Below are positions 15,219-33,650 of a stretch of 64,000 bases of DNA, in pieces. A program made the translations under genes and the position numbers. The stretch lies in assembly GCF_009914755.1 (NCBI RefSeq), contig NC_060933.1; one strand, 5' to 3'. The notes beneath the pieces were generated by a model. It did not search any database, was not told where the DNA came from, and saw only the letters and a list, made by a program, of their open reading frames with translations. This DNA is from the human T2T-CHM13v2.0 reference genome, Homo sapiens. How positions within the stretch are numbered: position 1 is the first letter of the stretch; each line of letters opens with the position of its first letter.

Positions 15219-15577
15219 TGCTGTGGTTTCAATATGTCCTCCAAGTTTTATGTGTTGGAAACTTAATCCCTAAATTCTTATGTTGATTAGAGGTAGGGTA
15301 ATTAGGATTACATAAGGTCATCAGCAGGGTCCCTATGATGGAACTGGTAGCTTTATAACAGGAGGAAGAGAAACCTGAGCTGACTGGCACACTCTTGCCC
15401 TTTCACCATGTAATGCTCTCTGCCATGTCATGACCTGGCAATAAGGCCTTCACCAGATGCCGGAACCATGCTCTTAGACTTCCTAGCCTCCCAAACCATG
15501 AGCTAAATAAAACTCTATTCTTATAAATTGGCTAGTTTGTGGTATTCTGTTGTAGAAATAGACAGCAAACTAAGACG
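15219..15577 (+). mobile_element. MaLR LTR (MST C/D-like)
   Basis: tgctgtggtttcaatatgtcc...caccagatgc...aaactaagac termini and internal motifs. Confidence 0.78.
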
Positions 15578-15776
15578 GATATCACATGAAATTTTTGTGG
15601 AGTTATACATGCTGTTTAGTGTATCTTCTAAAAAGCTCTCTCCTGAAATAATATCTATATTTAGCGAAAACAGAGTAACCTTTATCATTCATTTATATAT
15701 GAATGGATGAGTTATTTTATTGATTATCTCTCAATGTTTGTTTAAATAACAAAATTGGTTTCAAGAGTTGTATTAT

Positions 15777-16930
15777 TGCTACAGACTGAATTGTGTTCCT
15801 CCAAAATTCATGTTGAAACCCTAACTCCTGGTTTGATGGTGTTGGGAGATGGGGCCTTTGGGAAGTAGTTAGAGTTAAAGGAGGTCCTGTGGGCCCTCAT
15901 CATGTGGTTAGTGTCCTAATAATAATAATAAGAGACACCCGATTCTACTCTCTCTTCCATAATAGGACACAACAAGACACCTGGCATCTGCAAGCCAGGA
16001 AGCGATCTGCTGCTAGAAGCTGACTGTGCTGACACCCTGATCTTAGATGGCTAGCCCTCTAGAACTGTGAGAAAGTAAATTTCTGTTCTTTTAGCAACCC
16101 AGTCTGGTGGTTTGTTTTGACAGCCCAAGCAAACTAATAGATTTTGGTGCCAAGAACAGGGTGCTGCAGTAACACATCAAATGTGGAAGTGGCTTTGGAA
16201 TTGGGTAATAGCTAGAAGATTTTTGAGGTGCATGCTGGAAATACGTAGGTTAAGGGTGATTCTACTGAGGTTTCACATGGAAATGAGGAACATGCTACTG
16301 GAAACTAGAGGAAAAGCAATCCTTATGATAAAATATTTTTTTTAAAAAAACCTTGGATTGGCTGAATTGTGTTCTAGTGTTTTGTAGAAGATAGAACTTG
16401 TGAGTGATGAAGTTGGTTGAAATTTCTAAGCAAGCATTACAGGAATGGCTTGATTTCTCCTGATTGCTTGGTTAAATCTAAAGGAGAGAGATAAACTGAA
16501 CAGAAATTATTAAGCATAAGTATACCACAACTTGGAAGATATGGATATTTTTCAGCCTACTGATAGTGCAAATAACGAGAAAGGTTGTTTTGAAGAGAAC
16601 ATTAAGAGTGTGGCTGTACAATCATTTGATGAGGAGATTTGTGTGAATGTGAACCAGGGACCTAATCCTTCTTAGCAGAAATCAGGAACAGAGATTGGAT
16701 TATGCCAGGAGCAACCAGCTGGGTCTAAAGGAAATGAAGAAATAGACAATGAAGGAAAGCTGTCAAACTTCTTGGATTTTCTGGATAGGCCAATAGATCT
16801 ATTTAACTATAAACCTGCACAATCTTTCAAGAAAAGAGAAGGACCCCAAAAGCAATTCACATATTGCCATGTTGCCACTCCCATCACGGGCCCAGAGTGC
16901 AAAGGCTAAGGGATTAGAGCTACCTCCACA
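15777..16930 (+). mobile_element. MLT1A-like LTR (to ~16140) followed by MLT1 internal fragment
   Basis: tgctacagactgaattgtg...cagcccaagcaaactaata, then ttttggtgccaaga...gtggaagtggctttggaattgggtaat. Confidence 0.75.
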
Positions 16931-19850
16931 TTGGTTTTAAAGAGAAAGAAAGTGTATAACTTCTAAATTGTAGTAAGAAATAGAATTTTTAAAAGTGTAA
17001 AAAGTAGACTAATATCCATTAATCTAAAACTATTTACTGTTTGTCTTGTTTCGATAGTCTTCCTACATCTTACATATTGTTATCTGAGAGAGCTAAAGTC
17101 CAAAATTTTTGTCATGTTGTATTTATATCCATATGTACATGTATATAATATATATACATTTTATATATGTAATAATTTTATTTGAGTTATTAGAATCTTT
17201 TTTATGAACTCTTGTTCTCTTCTTGGACTTTAATTTCTTCTTTTGTATCTTTAATCATTTTAAACAAACTTATATATTCTTTCAAGTCACATGTTCTTGA
17301 GGTTCTAATCTTCCTGTTTATTTTTTCTGATTATTTTGAGCCAGGATGGGATGTTTCTACATGTGTGTACAATTTTAATTTGCAGCTCAGCAAATTAAAA
17401 TTGTAATTGATTGTGGTAATTCCTTGAACCCTGTCTTTGGGGAGCATTCATCCAGACTACACTACTTAATATTTATGTTAATTTTCAGGGTAGTAAGATT
17501 CCTGACCTACACTGAAAAATTCAGATTTCAACCCACATGAGGTAAAGTCACAGATATAAACATTCCCAGTAGAGATAACTGAGAATTTTTGTACTCTGCC
17601 CTGGTCCCAATCAGAGACATATTTCTTTATTACCTTTCTATCCTAGCAATATTTTTTAGTCTACCCTTGAACTGAAGTTGCAGCACTCCAGAGGATTCTC
17701 AAATTTGGCCTCTCCGAGCCCAAGGTCAAAGTTTCAGCTCCTGCTCCCACAATTCCTGAAGTTGCTGGCCCTGGTGATTTCCATGCAGCAGGTGCTACCG
17801 AACCTCCAGTCACATGCTCCGTGCTCTGCTGCTGGCTGCTCTCTATAGGTGACTATGATCCCAGCACTTGAGTTGCTGCTTCTTTTTTTTTTTTTTTTAG
17901 ATTTTTCAGCAATACATCGAAAAGAATACTTGATATCATATATTTTCTATGTGATACAGAGGGTTTTCAGGTTATATTGTCTTCCAGACTGCCAATCTTT
18001 AGATAGTTTAAAAAAAATTTACCTGTATTTCCTGTCAAATATGATATCAAAGATTGAACAAAATATTTAAAATTTCATGAGTAAAGAGTACAGTGGGTGT
18101 ATTTTAGCCTGTAAATCTCACATGAACTTTCAGTGGCTGTTTTCTTTTTTTTCTAAATTATTTACTAGAAGAACAAAGACAAATCATACTAATACATATA
18201 GGCATGACAGTTCAATACTATTCCAATTCCTTTTCCCACTTAATATTTTCTTTACTTCATGATTCTGTGTATTTGGTGGCTAAGGCAATTAAAACTACCA
18301 ACATTTAAGGACTGATCCTTGAAAATATTATTGCCCTTAGTTGAAGTAAGCCAGTGTTGGGGCTCTCAACGGTGGATTATCACATCTGTACCATAGTAGT
18401 CATCTTTCCTCTTGTCTCAGATTTCCAAATTTGGCTGCATAGTAACCCATTAAGATCATTCTTTCATTCATCAAGCATTGCTTGGGTATCTTCTGTGTGC
18501 TAGGGTCCATGAAGTATAATGGGAACACAACAGTGAACTAGACACAGGTATGGTTTTACTCTCATGGAGCTTATTTGTGGTAAGAGACAGAATATAATAA
18601 CCATGCAACAGAATAAGTAAAATAATTAAAGATTACAGAGAGTGCATTGTAATTAGGGATAAAGGGAGAGAATGGTTGGTTTTAGATCACCCTTGTTCAA
18701 GGAATGGCATTTCTGAGAAGGTGACATTGACACCAAGGCCCAAAGGATGAGAGGTAGTGTAACAAAATTAGCAGAGTCACTTTCAGGTTTATTAGGAGTC
18801 CTCTTGCACTTTTCAACTTCATGAGTACACTGCCCTGCAGTACAGAAGAAGGATAATAAATATTAATGGGGAAAAGTTAGTCCAGACAGATTATGATAAT
18901 AATAATAGTGAGAATAGCTAACCTTTACGTGCTTACTACGTACAGGGCATCTTCTAAGCACTTTGTGTGCAATCATTCATTTAATTTTCACAACATCCCT
19001 GTGAGATTAGATACTATTTTTATCTCCATTTTACAGAAATTAACTTGTATAAGTTCATATGCCTACTGAATGACTCAGCTACTGTATGCCTTCTCAAAAG
19101 TTTATTTTGATTTGTTGTATTTATTTTTTGAAAAAGCTGATTTTGTTTTTCAGTAGGTTATATTTGCACAGTGGAAGCTTTTGCAAACTTAGTATTTTTC
19201 TTATTTGATCTTTATAAACTGTGACATAATTATTCTCATTGAAAAAATAATTCAGTTGAGATCCAGAGAGTTTAGTTAACTTGTGCATGTTTATTTCACT
19301 AGTATGTTTTAGATCTTTTGCTCATATTCTGGTGTTCTGACTCTAACTAGTAGGCCTTCTTTACTATGCAATGTTTCAAATAAATGCATTCTCAAGGTCA
19401 CAATAATACACAATTATAGGAAGGAAAGTTATTTTGGTGTTCTAAAATCAGAATAGCATATATATTAAATGATTAAGAATTTTAATCATTGGATGACCTT
19501 TGTTATTTACTTTTTAAAAAAATTATATTTATTTATTAATTTATTCCAGCTCATTCCTTGAACGATTTGAGGCAGTTAGTGTCTATTATCGTGAGTTATT
19601 TTTATAGATTCTTTGAAAATACAGAAATGCTCTAGAAATATCATCAGATATTACATATTTGGCTTTGTATATTTATATAGATGTTTTAAATAAAAATACC
19701 ACTTTATAGTAATAATTAAAAACAAATCTGCATAAAACTCATTATATGAGCCAACTGTGGAAGTAGTCAATAAAAATATACATAAGCAGATTCATAGTAG
19801 CAACACCCTATTTATCTGAGCTTGTCTTATCTCAACAATGCTAATATATA

Positions 19851-19907
19851 AGACTTCTTAGCTGTAACAGAAGTTCCTGGAGACTTCTTAGCTATAACAG
19901 AAGTTCC
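19851..19907 (+). repeat. 30-bp tandem duplication
   Basis: agacttcttagct(g/a)taacagaagttcc occurs twice at 19851 and 19881. Confidence 0.9.
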
Positions 19908-21004
19908 CCGTGATAGATTCAAGAATTGTTAATGGAAGCTATTGTAGACTGTGGCAACAGTTGTATGACTATATTCGCTACAGCTGTAATTGTTGCTTAA
20001 AGTACCCATGGGAACATTCTTCAATTAATCATCTTCAGAACAAGGGATATCATACACTGGAATATATAAATAAAGTATTTGAGTATGTATTTATATTTCA
20101 TATCAAATTAAATTTAAGGCACTTAGAAATATAACATTTTTATGATGCTTTAAATTTGCAAAGAATTTTCACATACTTTCACAATTTGAGAAATACAGAA
20201 TATCCATGAGTTAATTGGATAAGAATTATTATCCTGTTTTTATGCAGGAAAAAAAGAGACTGCGTGGGTAAATGACTTATCCATGGGTCATGGTTAGTAA
20301 ATGGGAAGTCAAAACCTTGAACCTTGTGTTCTGACTATAGAGTCATCTCTCTCTAATCATCCTGCACAGATTTTTAAGAAAATAAAAATACCGACATATT
20401 TTACATTTTACCCCTTTTAAGTATAGTAGAATTTTTTCAAAATTATATTAAAAATATAATAATTTGAGTCCAAAAATTTTAGATTCACATATGGTTAGCC
20501 AAGCAAAGGAATTTTATTGCTCTTACTAGTTTCATTTGAATGGACATTTAATATTTGGCAAAAAATTTCAACTTCAGAATATGGCTTCTGTGATTTCCAT
20601 AGCTAAACACTTTGAACACATTTTCTGAAAACTTACCATATTGTATTTGAATTGATTGTTCATCTGTCTGAAGAAGGTATGAAGTTATTGACATCCGTAC
20701 TTGTATATTTAATCTTTATTTCTAGTCTGATTCTATAACTTTTAAATGTAACTAATATAAAATAAATGATCTCATCAGGTGTGTGATTTTATACATCTCC
20801 TAAAATTCTCCCTAGACTCTTTCCAAGAATCATATTCCTGTTCCAGTCCGTGTTATCATAGCTGGCTTAAGATTTCCTATAATAAACTACTCTTTTCAAT
20901 TGTCACCCATTAGTAATTAATATCATTAATATTACCAAAATTACCTATCTTTTAAATCATACTATTTGAAAACTCTCTAGTATTCTGTCACACCCCTTAT
21001 TTAC

Positions 21005-22315
21005 CCATTTTAAAATTATTGATACATAATAGTTGTTCATATTTATGGGGTACATGTGATATTTTGTTACATGCATACAATGTGAATTGTATGCATTGTG
21101 TGGGTAATTATAATATCCATGATCTCAAAAATTTATTTCTTTGTGTTGAGAACATTCTAGATCTTCTCTTACAGCTATTTTGAAACATACAATAAATTAT
21201 TGCTAACTGTGGTTGCCCTACTGTACTACTGAACACTAGAACTTATTCCTTCTATGTAACTGTATTTTTGTACACATTAACCAAGTTCTCTTCACCCCGA
21301 CGCCTGCCACCCTTTGTAGCCTCTGGTAACCACCATTCTACTCACTACCTTCAAGTGATCAATTTTATTTAGCACCTGCATGTGAGTGAGAATATGTGAT
21401 ATTTGTATTTGTGTGCCTGGCTTATTTTATTTATCATAATGTCCCTCAGTTACTCCCATCTTATTGGAAATGACAGGATTTTATTCCTTTGTCATGGCTA
21501 AATAGTATTCTATTGTGTATATATATCACATTTTCTTTATCCATTCATCTGTTGTTGGATAACTAGATTGATTCCGTGTCTTGGCTGTTGTGAATAATGC
21601 TGCAGTAAACATGGGAATGGAGGTATTTTTGACATACTGATTTCATTTCCTTTAGCTGTATACCCCAGTAATGGGATTCTTGGATCATATGGTAGTTCTA
21701 TTTCTGGTTTTTTTGAAGAAACTCCATACTGTTTTCCATAGTGGTGTACTAATTTGCATGTCCATCAATAGTGTATGAAAATTCCCTTTTCTCTACGTCC
21801 TCACTAGCATCTGTTAATTTTTGTCTTTTTGATAACAGCCATTTTGACTGGGGTGAGATGATACCTCAATGTGGTTTTGATTTGCAAATCAGTTATGATT
21901 AATGACATTGAACATTTTTTCTTATACCTTTTGGCCATTTATGTCTTTTTTTAGAGAAATGTCTGTTCAAATCTTTTGCCCATTTTTAATTGTGTTATTT
22001 GTTTTTGCTATTGTTTGAGTTCTTTGTATATTATTGTTATTAATCCCTTTTCAGATGGATACTTTGCAAATATTTTTTCTCATTATTTAGGTTGTCTCTT
22101 TGTTGATTGTTTCCATTGCTGTGCAGAAGCATTTTAGCTTGACATAATCCCATTTGTCTATTTTTGCTTTTGTTACCTGTGCTTTTGAGATCTTACTCAA
22201 AAAATATTGGCCCAAACCAGTGCCCTGAAGTGTTTTTTCCCAGTGTTTCTTCCTAGTAGTTTCACAGTTGTGGGTTTCGTATTAAAGACTGTAATCCATT
22301 TTGATTTATTTAGCC
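21005..22315 (-). mobile_element. L1MA-type 3' end (5'-truncated)
   Basis: atttatggggtacatgtgatattttg..., ggtagttctatttc, gctgtgcagaagc antisense L1 3'UTR/ORF2 motifs. Confidence 0.85.
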
Positions 22316-23336
22316 ATTCCTGAGACTTCAGTGAGCCATTAATTAACAGTCCTAGGAACATTGTTTAATGTGTAGAAGATTAAGATCTGTCCCAGCTACA
22401 TCACTTACTAGGTATAACACCAGAAGGAAGCAACACATTTTCTAAGTGATTAATTCCTTATCTTTAAAAAGATAAAGGATCAAACAAATATATTTCATAA
22501 ACTAGGAAGCATCTTATTAAAGCACTTCTCTGCATGCTTAGGGATACTGATAACTCTTCTGCAAAAGTATTCCTCTACATTGTGTGTAAATAGTAGAATT
22601 GCTGCCTTTTTGTTTTCCATATTAAATCATTAGTTTTAAGGTAAAGTTATTTTCATCCTTATGGTGATCTTGTATCAATGTGAGAGACCCAGTACTTTGA
22701 AACATGAATGAAATGAAGTAAATCCAAACCTGGAGAAATCAGGGGAAATAGCAGACCACTAGAGACAAAAAGTAAAATTTATCAAGGCACTAAAAAAACA
22801 AAAAACAAAAAACAAAATCCTTCAATGGAATGAATGAATGACAGCTTAAACTGTCAGCCAACATGCTAAAAAATATTTGTAAAGCACAAGAAATTACAAG
22901 TGGCCTGATGTATTTGAAAAGAACCATAGAGAGTGTTTAGAAGTGAAATCATACAGTGAGTAAAATTAAAAGTTCACTGACTGTAATTACATACAGGAGA
23001 AGAGCTTCAGAATTAGTTAACTGGATGAGGGAAATGACTAGATGATAGATAGAATAATTTATTCAGAAAATGGCATAGAGACAAAGGAATGAAAAACACA
23101 GAAGATATATGAGTTATGAAGGGAAAAAGAAGGTCTGTCATTAATTAGGACTCCTGAAGGATGGGAGATTAAATGGTGAAAATTTTTTTTTCAAGAGAAG
23201 TTAGAATGGCAACTGACTTCTCAAAAGCAATAGTAGAAACCATAAGACAGTAGAACAGATCTTCAGTGTGTGCTGAAATAAAATGCATCAGTATAAATTC
23301 TATTCTCTGTTAAAATATTTCTTAAAATGAGGATCA

Positions 23337-23694
<358 letters not shown>

Positions 23695-23863
23695 CTAAAT
23701 TCCTCACTAGAGGAAGCTATTTGATTAGAGTAAAAGTGATCTGAGATATAATAAAATTGAAGAGTAAAAAAAGTGACAAATAGCTTGACTTATAACTGTC
23801 TTTAAAGTTAAGCTTTAAGTATGATGCTTACTGTACATTTTGATAGATAACATATCAAGTTAA

Positions 23864-24192
<329 letters not shown>

Positions 24193-24216
24193 TAGCTTTC
24201 TAAGAGTTTGTAGTGG

Positions 24217-25600
<1,384 letters not shown>

Positions 25601-26157
25601 GGCTTTTAAAAGTAGTCCATTACTTAAATTTTGACTTCTCCAAAAACAAGTTATTAAGAATGTATTCTGTATTGCAAGATAATATTTTTTCTTCCTGACT
25701 GTACGAGACTAGAAAAACTGTCTTTAAATAATCAATTACTCTTGGCTTATTTCTGCCCTGCTTTACCTCGGTTCTGGAGCTTAGTGCCTAGAGTTCTACT
25801 AGGAATATTCAGTGGTTTTGTTTTTTGCTTGTTGTTTGTTTCTAAGAGATATTTTTGGAAAGAGAGGCACTCATTCTGGTCTCATCTGCTTTATAGTTTC
25901 TACAAAGCCCTTACTGTTCCAATAATGCTTTCTGGACTTAGTTATTTTTATGAATTTATTTTTATACTGCATTTGCATTACAATGGTATAACTACCCCTC
26001 CAAAAATGGTACCTTTTAAACTTTTATTTAAGATAACACACTGTCACAATGGCTGTTAGGACTATGATTAAAAGATGGTAGGAGGAGCATTTTGAAATAT
26101 GAAGTGGAATTTGACCTTAGACTATGAAAGGTAGTGAGAGTACTCAAAGAGTGGCTC

Positions 26158-26459
26158 TTTTTTTTTTTTTCTTTGAGACAGAGTTTTGCTCTTATTGCCT
26201 AGGATGGAGTGCAGTGGCGCGATCTCGGCTCACTGCAGCCTCTGTCCACCCCGGATTCAAGAGATTCTCCTGCTTCAGCCTCCTGAGTAACTGGGATTAC
26301 AGGTGCATGCCAACACGTCCGGCTAATTTTTGTATTTTTAGTAGAGACAGGGTTTCACCACGTTGGCCAGGCTGGTCTGAAACACCCGACCTCAGGTGAT
26401 CCACCCGTCTTGGCCTCCCCAAGTGCTAGGATTACACGTGTAAGCCATCGTGCCCGGCC
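26158..26459 (-). mobile_element. AluS
   Basis: Poly-T then full antisense dimer; source of ORF 26124..26399. Confidence 0.93.
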
Positions 26460-28651
26460 AGGGTAGCTCCTTTTTTACGGGCACACTTCCCATCTGACCT
26501 GTCAAGGTAACAAATTCCCTAGCCCTCATCCACCCAGCTGGTATTTCCAGATCTTTATATTAGAATGTGGCTGTGCCTCTAGGCTAGGGGATATAAGAGA
26601 AACAAATAAATGTATTTCCTTATTCTTATCCAAGTGGTGGTCTAGCCTCCTTTTGTGATATTTATTTACCTTTTTACATTATAAACAATTTAAAAGCAAG
26701 AATATGCTTTACCTAATTTTGTATGTTCTATAGTGCCCACACCATAATTTGATAAATATTACATATTTTCTCAATATTCATAGAAAACATTATATACTAT
26801 TGTTTAGTTTATGATTAAACATCATTATCTTCTCTGATTTCTTGATGAATTATTGATTCCCCTACCGTCTGAGTCAGATCCAGCTAAATTCTGCAGAAGC
26901 ACGTTTTGCTGCAGAAACTTTTTCGGCAATGGCAATCTTAAAGCAGTTTCCTTTTTAGAATTTGAGCTTTCAAATTTGCTTCATATGTTGTCCAATTACA
27001 TTAACCAAATAATCTTAAATTAGTTTAATCAAGCCTCAAATAAAAGACTTTTGCTAAGTGTCAGAATTTGGAATTAAAAACAGCAGAGCACAGCCCATTC
27101 AACAAATGCCTTGGGTTTTCTAGTTAATCTAGCATATAAACATTGAGCATGAAAACTACTAAATCTGAAGAGACCTTTAGCAACCCTTTAACACTAAAAG
27201 GGCCTTATTTCGTGGATCTTCATTTTAAAAATTTCTGTATTTGGAGTTATGTGATTGTTATTGTATCCAAACTTATATTTGTCCTTGGTTTATATTTATT
27301 TACAGAATTCTTATTTGAAAGATAAAAGGTATTAAACTGTACCAGAGCCATTGTTTTTTTCCTGTCAGGAATTGCAGAATTTTAAATAGCCTCATTTCCG
27401 TTTTTGTGATCTGTGTTCACACCGCTAGTAATAATGAAGTAGAAAACTACTCTTTTTGTACCTTATTGCTAATCTCCAGAGTTTTCTTTTACCTTACCCC
27501 AATAGTTTGTGTAGTACACATTCCTTGTAGGGTATTCATTTTATATACGTCAGATTCTCTAGGGCCGTGGCTTTTGCCAGATGAAGCACTTTTGATTTTG
27601 AGGCTGATGAAACACAGTGCGGTTATTGATCTGTGCGTGACATAGCCTGTCTCTCTCCTAGCAGAGTGTAGCAACATTTATCCAGGAATTTGTGAAATGT
27701 CACTCGGATCATGTTCGCAAGGCAAACTGTGCAAAACCCAGGATCAGAGCTGAGAATCCATGTGGAATTGGACGTGACTGTCTTATTCCTATGTCCTGTC
27801 TTCTATTCTAGATGAAGCAAGTGGTATTTGTTAACAGAATATCTGTGTCCTATATTAGACTTTGTAGGAAACTATTATTACCACTTGGAACACTGTATAC
27901 TATAAAATTGCACTTCTTATACTCTGTTTTCAGATTCATTTCTTATCTTACCAAAGAAAATATTAATATGAGAATATGTGACCTGAATAGCATCAGTTAG
28001 AAATTTCTTTTCTGTTTAAAATAAAGCAGTGTTATAATATATTGCACAATTTTATATTTCTGGTAGTGTCCTGATTTTTTACATCAACATACTTTCAGAT
28101 AGGTGTGTCTCATCAATATCAATGTTTCAGGAAGTGAAAAATTGTAGCATATTTATCACTATTGAATTGATATACTATTTAACTGTGCATATATTTTAGA
28201 GTTTGGTTTTAAATGACTAGAATATTTGTATGCACATGGATAAGTATGTTTGTTACAATTCAATTTAGTTTAATGTACCTAACACATGTAAAGCGCTATA
28301 ATAATGGAATATTCAACAATGAATTAAATATGAACCTTGTCCCCGATAATAACACAGTTGAACATATGTATAATAATAAAAGGAAACTGTGAGATATAGA
28401 GATATATATGTATATGTGTGTGTGTGTATATATAACATGGATGTTTAAATGCATGTGGAGAGAGAGAGTTATTCGTTCCTGTCATTCTTGATTAAGGCTT
28501 TTGAAGGAGTGGTATTTGGGCTTAACCTTAAGGTTTTGTATGATTTTGGAAGTTGTGTGCATTGAACAAAGTCATTAGAAGAAAGGATAGCTTGAAAAGA
28601 CATCTAGCTGACATAGCAGTTTGTTGAGAATAGTGAATAATCTGGTTTGGC

Positions 28652-28826
28652 TGTGGTTCTCAACCCTGACCACTTATTATTCTCACCTAGGGAACTTTGA
28701 AAAATACTTGTGCCAAGGCCTGACCGTAGACCAATTAAATTTGAATATCTAAGAGTTAGGCCCTGTACCTTGGTAGTTTTTTAAAGCTCTCAGGTGATTC
28801 TGATGTAGAATAAGGACTGAGACTAA
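28652..28826. mobile_element. MER5A-like hAT MITE
   Basis: tgtggttctcaacc...agctctcaggtgattctgatgt. Confidence 0.65.
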
Positions 28827-30258
28827 GGCTCGAGAGACTAGAGATTGAATGCAAGCAACTAGATAAATTATTGTTTAAATATCAAGGCAAAAGATGATTA
28901 GGAAGAGATCTAGACAATATTAGTAGAAATAGAAAGTTTTTTAAAAAACAAGAGACTTTGCAGTGTTATAATCCCAAAAGTTTGATGACTAATTGCATAT
29001 AGGAAGGTAAAGAAAAAAGAGGTATTTAAGATATTTTTCAGGTTTTTAACAAAGTGAGTAGAAAGTTGATGATAGAAGAATTGTATTTGTGACAATGTAA
29101 TACACTAAATATTGTGGTGAGAAAATACCAAGAAAGTTGAATAAAATATTAAAAAGGGCCTCATAAATGCATACTAGAACTTGCAAAAAGAATTAAAAAG
29201 AAACTAAATCCTTAGGATCTAAAATCAACAACAGCTTATCGTTTGTAGCCAAATGGTAATTTGTTAGTGAACTGGAAATATCAAGTAAGTAGTAGGATAT
29301 ATGAGTTTAAAATTTAGGGGATAAGCCTGGGCTAGACATATAAATTTTGCAGCCATGAGTATGTAGATGGCATTTAAAAATGAAGCTGAATGAAATCACC
29401 AAGGGCGTGGAGATAGGTACAAAAGAGATAAGGTCCAAGATCTGAGCTCTAGGCCCTCCAATATTCAGAAGTTGGACAGATGAGAAAGGACCAGAAAGGA
29501 GAGCCAGTGAAAGGGAAAAGCAAGAGAAAAGAGAATCTTAGAAGCCAAATGGTTAAAGTATATCAAGAAGGGAATGATATACTTTATCATTCTCTATGCC
29601 AACTGCTGCTTATTAGAATCAGTTCATGGGAGGAATTGAGGAATGGGAACAGAAAGAGAGGAATTGGAGGATATAATTAAATATGCATACATTTTAGAGT
29701 TATTTTGAGGAGATTTGCTGGAAAAGGGAGCAGAGAGCCTCTAAAATATAAACATCTAATAACTTAGGCTCAAAATAAATAATTCATGTATTGATAATAT
29801 CAGTACTTTTAAGTAATGCTGATAAAAAGTCATTAAAGATATACATTATTTTAACAGAGCAATAAAAAGTCTTTCTCTAAGTATTTATCAAAAATGTTCA
29901 CATAACTAGGCCACAAAACAACATTCCATAAATTTCAAAGGATTTGTATCATATAAATAGTATTATCTAACACAAGTGAAGTAGAAAATACTTTAAAAAG
30001 TTAACTTAAAAATATCTGATGCGAATTTATAGAGGCATTTCTAAAAACTAATGGGTCAAAGAAGAAAACAAAATGAAAATGAAAAATACTTTAGATTGAA
30101 TCACAATGAAATAACACAGATGGAAACTTTTAGAATGTGACTAAGGTGGTACTCAGATGGAAATTTATATCCTTAAATACTTGTAGTAAGATTAGAAGAA
30201 GTCTAAGAATCACAGAGCTAAACATTTTATTTAAGAATGAGAAATTGAATAAACCCAG

Positions 30259-30589
30259 TGTTGTAGACTAAATATATGTGTTCCCCCATAATTCATAACC
30301 CCCAATGTGATCATTTCAAAAGTGGAGCCTTTGAGAATTAGTTAGGGTTACATTAGTTCATGAGGGCGGGGCCCCCATGATGGGATTAATGCCCTTGTAA
30401 AAAGAGGAAGAAACAGGAGATCTCTCTGCTCTCTGCCATATGGCAACTTGGAAGAATGGCCTCACCAGACACCAGATCTATCCACAACTTAATCTTGGAC
30501 TTCCCACCATCCAGATCATAATAAGTAAATGTTTGTTATTTAAGCCATGCAGTCTATGATAATTTATTATAGCAGCCCAAACTAAGACA
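30259..30589 (+). mobile_element. MLT1A-like MaLR LTR
   Basis: tgttgtagactaaat...atcttggacttccca...gcagcccaaactaagaca. Confidence 0.78.
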
Positions 30590-30699
30590 CCCAAATAAAA
30601 TAGAAATATTAAAATAAGGGCAAAGTTGATACTGTAGAAAGTAAAAATGCAGCAGACATGATCAACAAATCCAGAAGCTGGATCGCTGAGACTAATAAG

Positions 30700-31680
<981 letters not shown>

Positions 31681-31684
31681 ACGT

Positions 31685-33440
<1,756 letters not shown>

Positions 33441-33582
33441 TGTACACTTGAAAATTTGTTAAGAAAGTAGATCTCATGTTTTTTTACCACAATAAAAAAG
33501 GTAAAAATTTTCTGATAAAATTAAATATCTGTTCATGATAAAAATTATCTTAGCAAACTAGGACTAGCAGGGAACTTTCTTA

Positions 33583-33650
33583 TTCTGTTAAAAGGTGTCT
33601 ACCAAAAACCTGAAACAGTTCTGTTAAAAGGTGTCTACCAAAAACCTGAA
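33583..33650 (+). repeat. 36-bp-period tandem duplication
   Basis: ttctgttaaaaggtgtctaccaaaaacctgaa (32 nt) is identical at 33583 and 33619. Confidence 0.95.
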
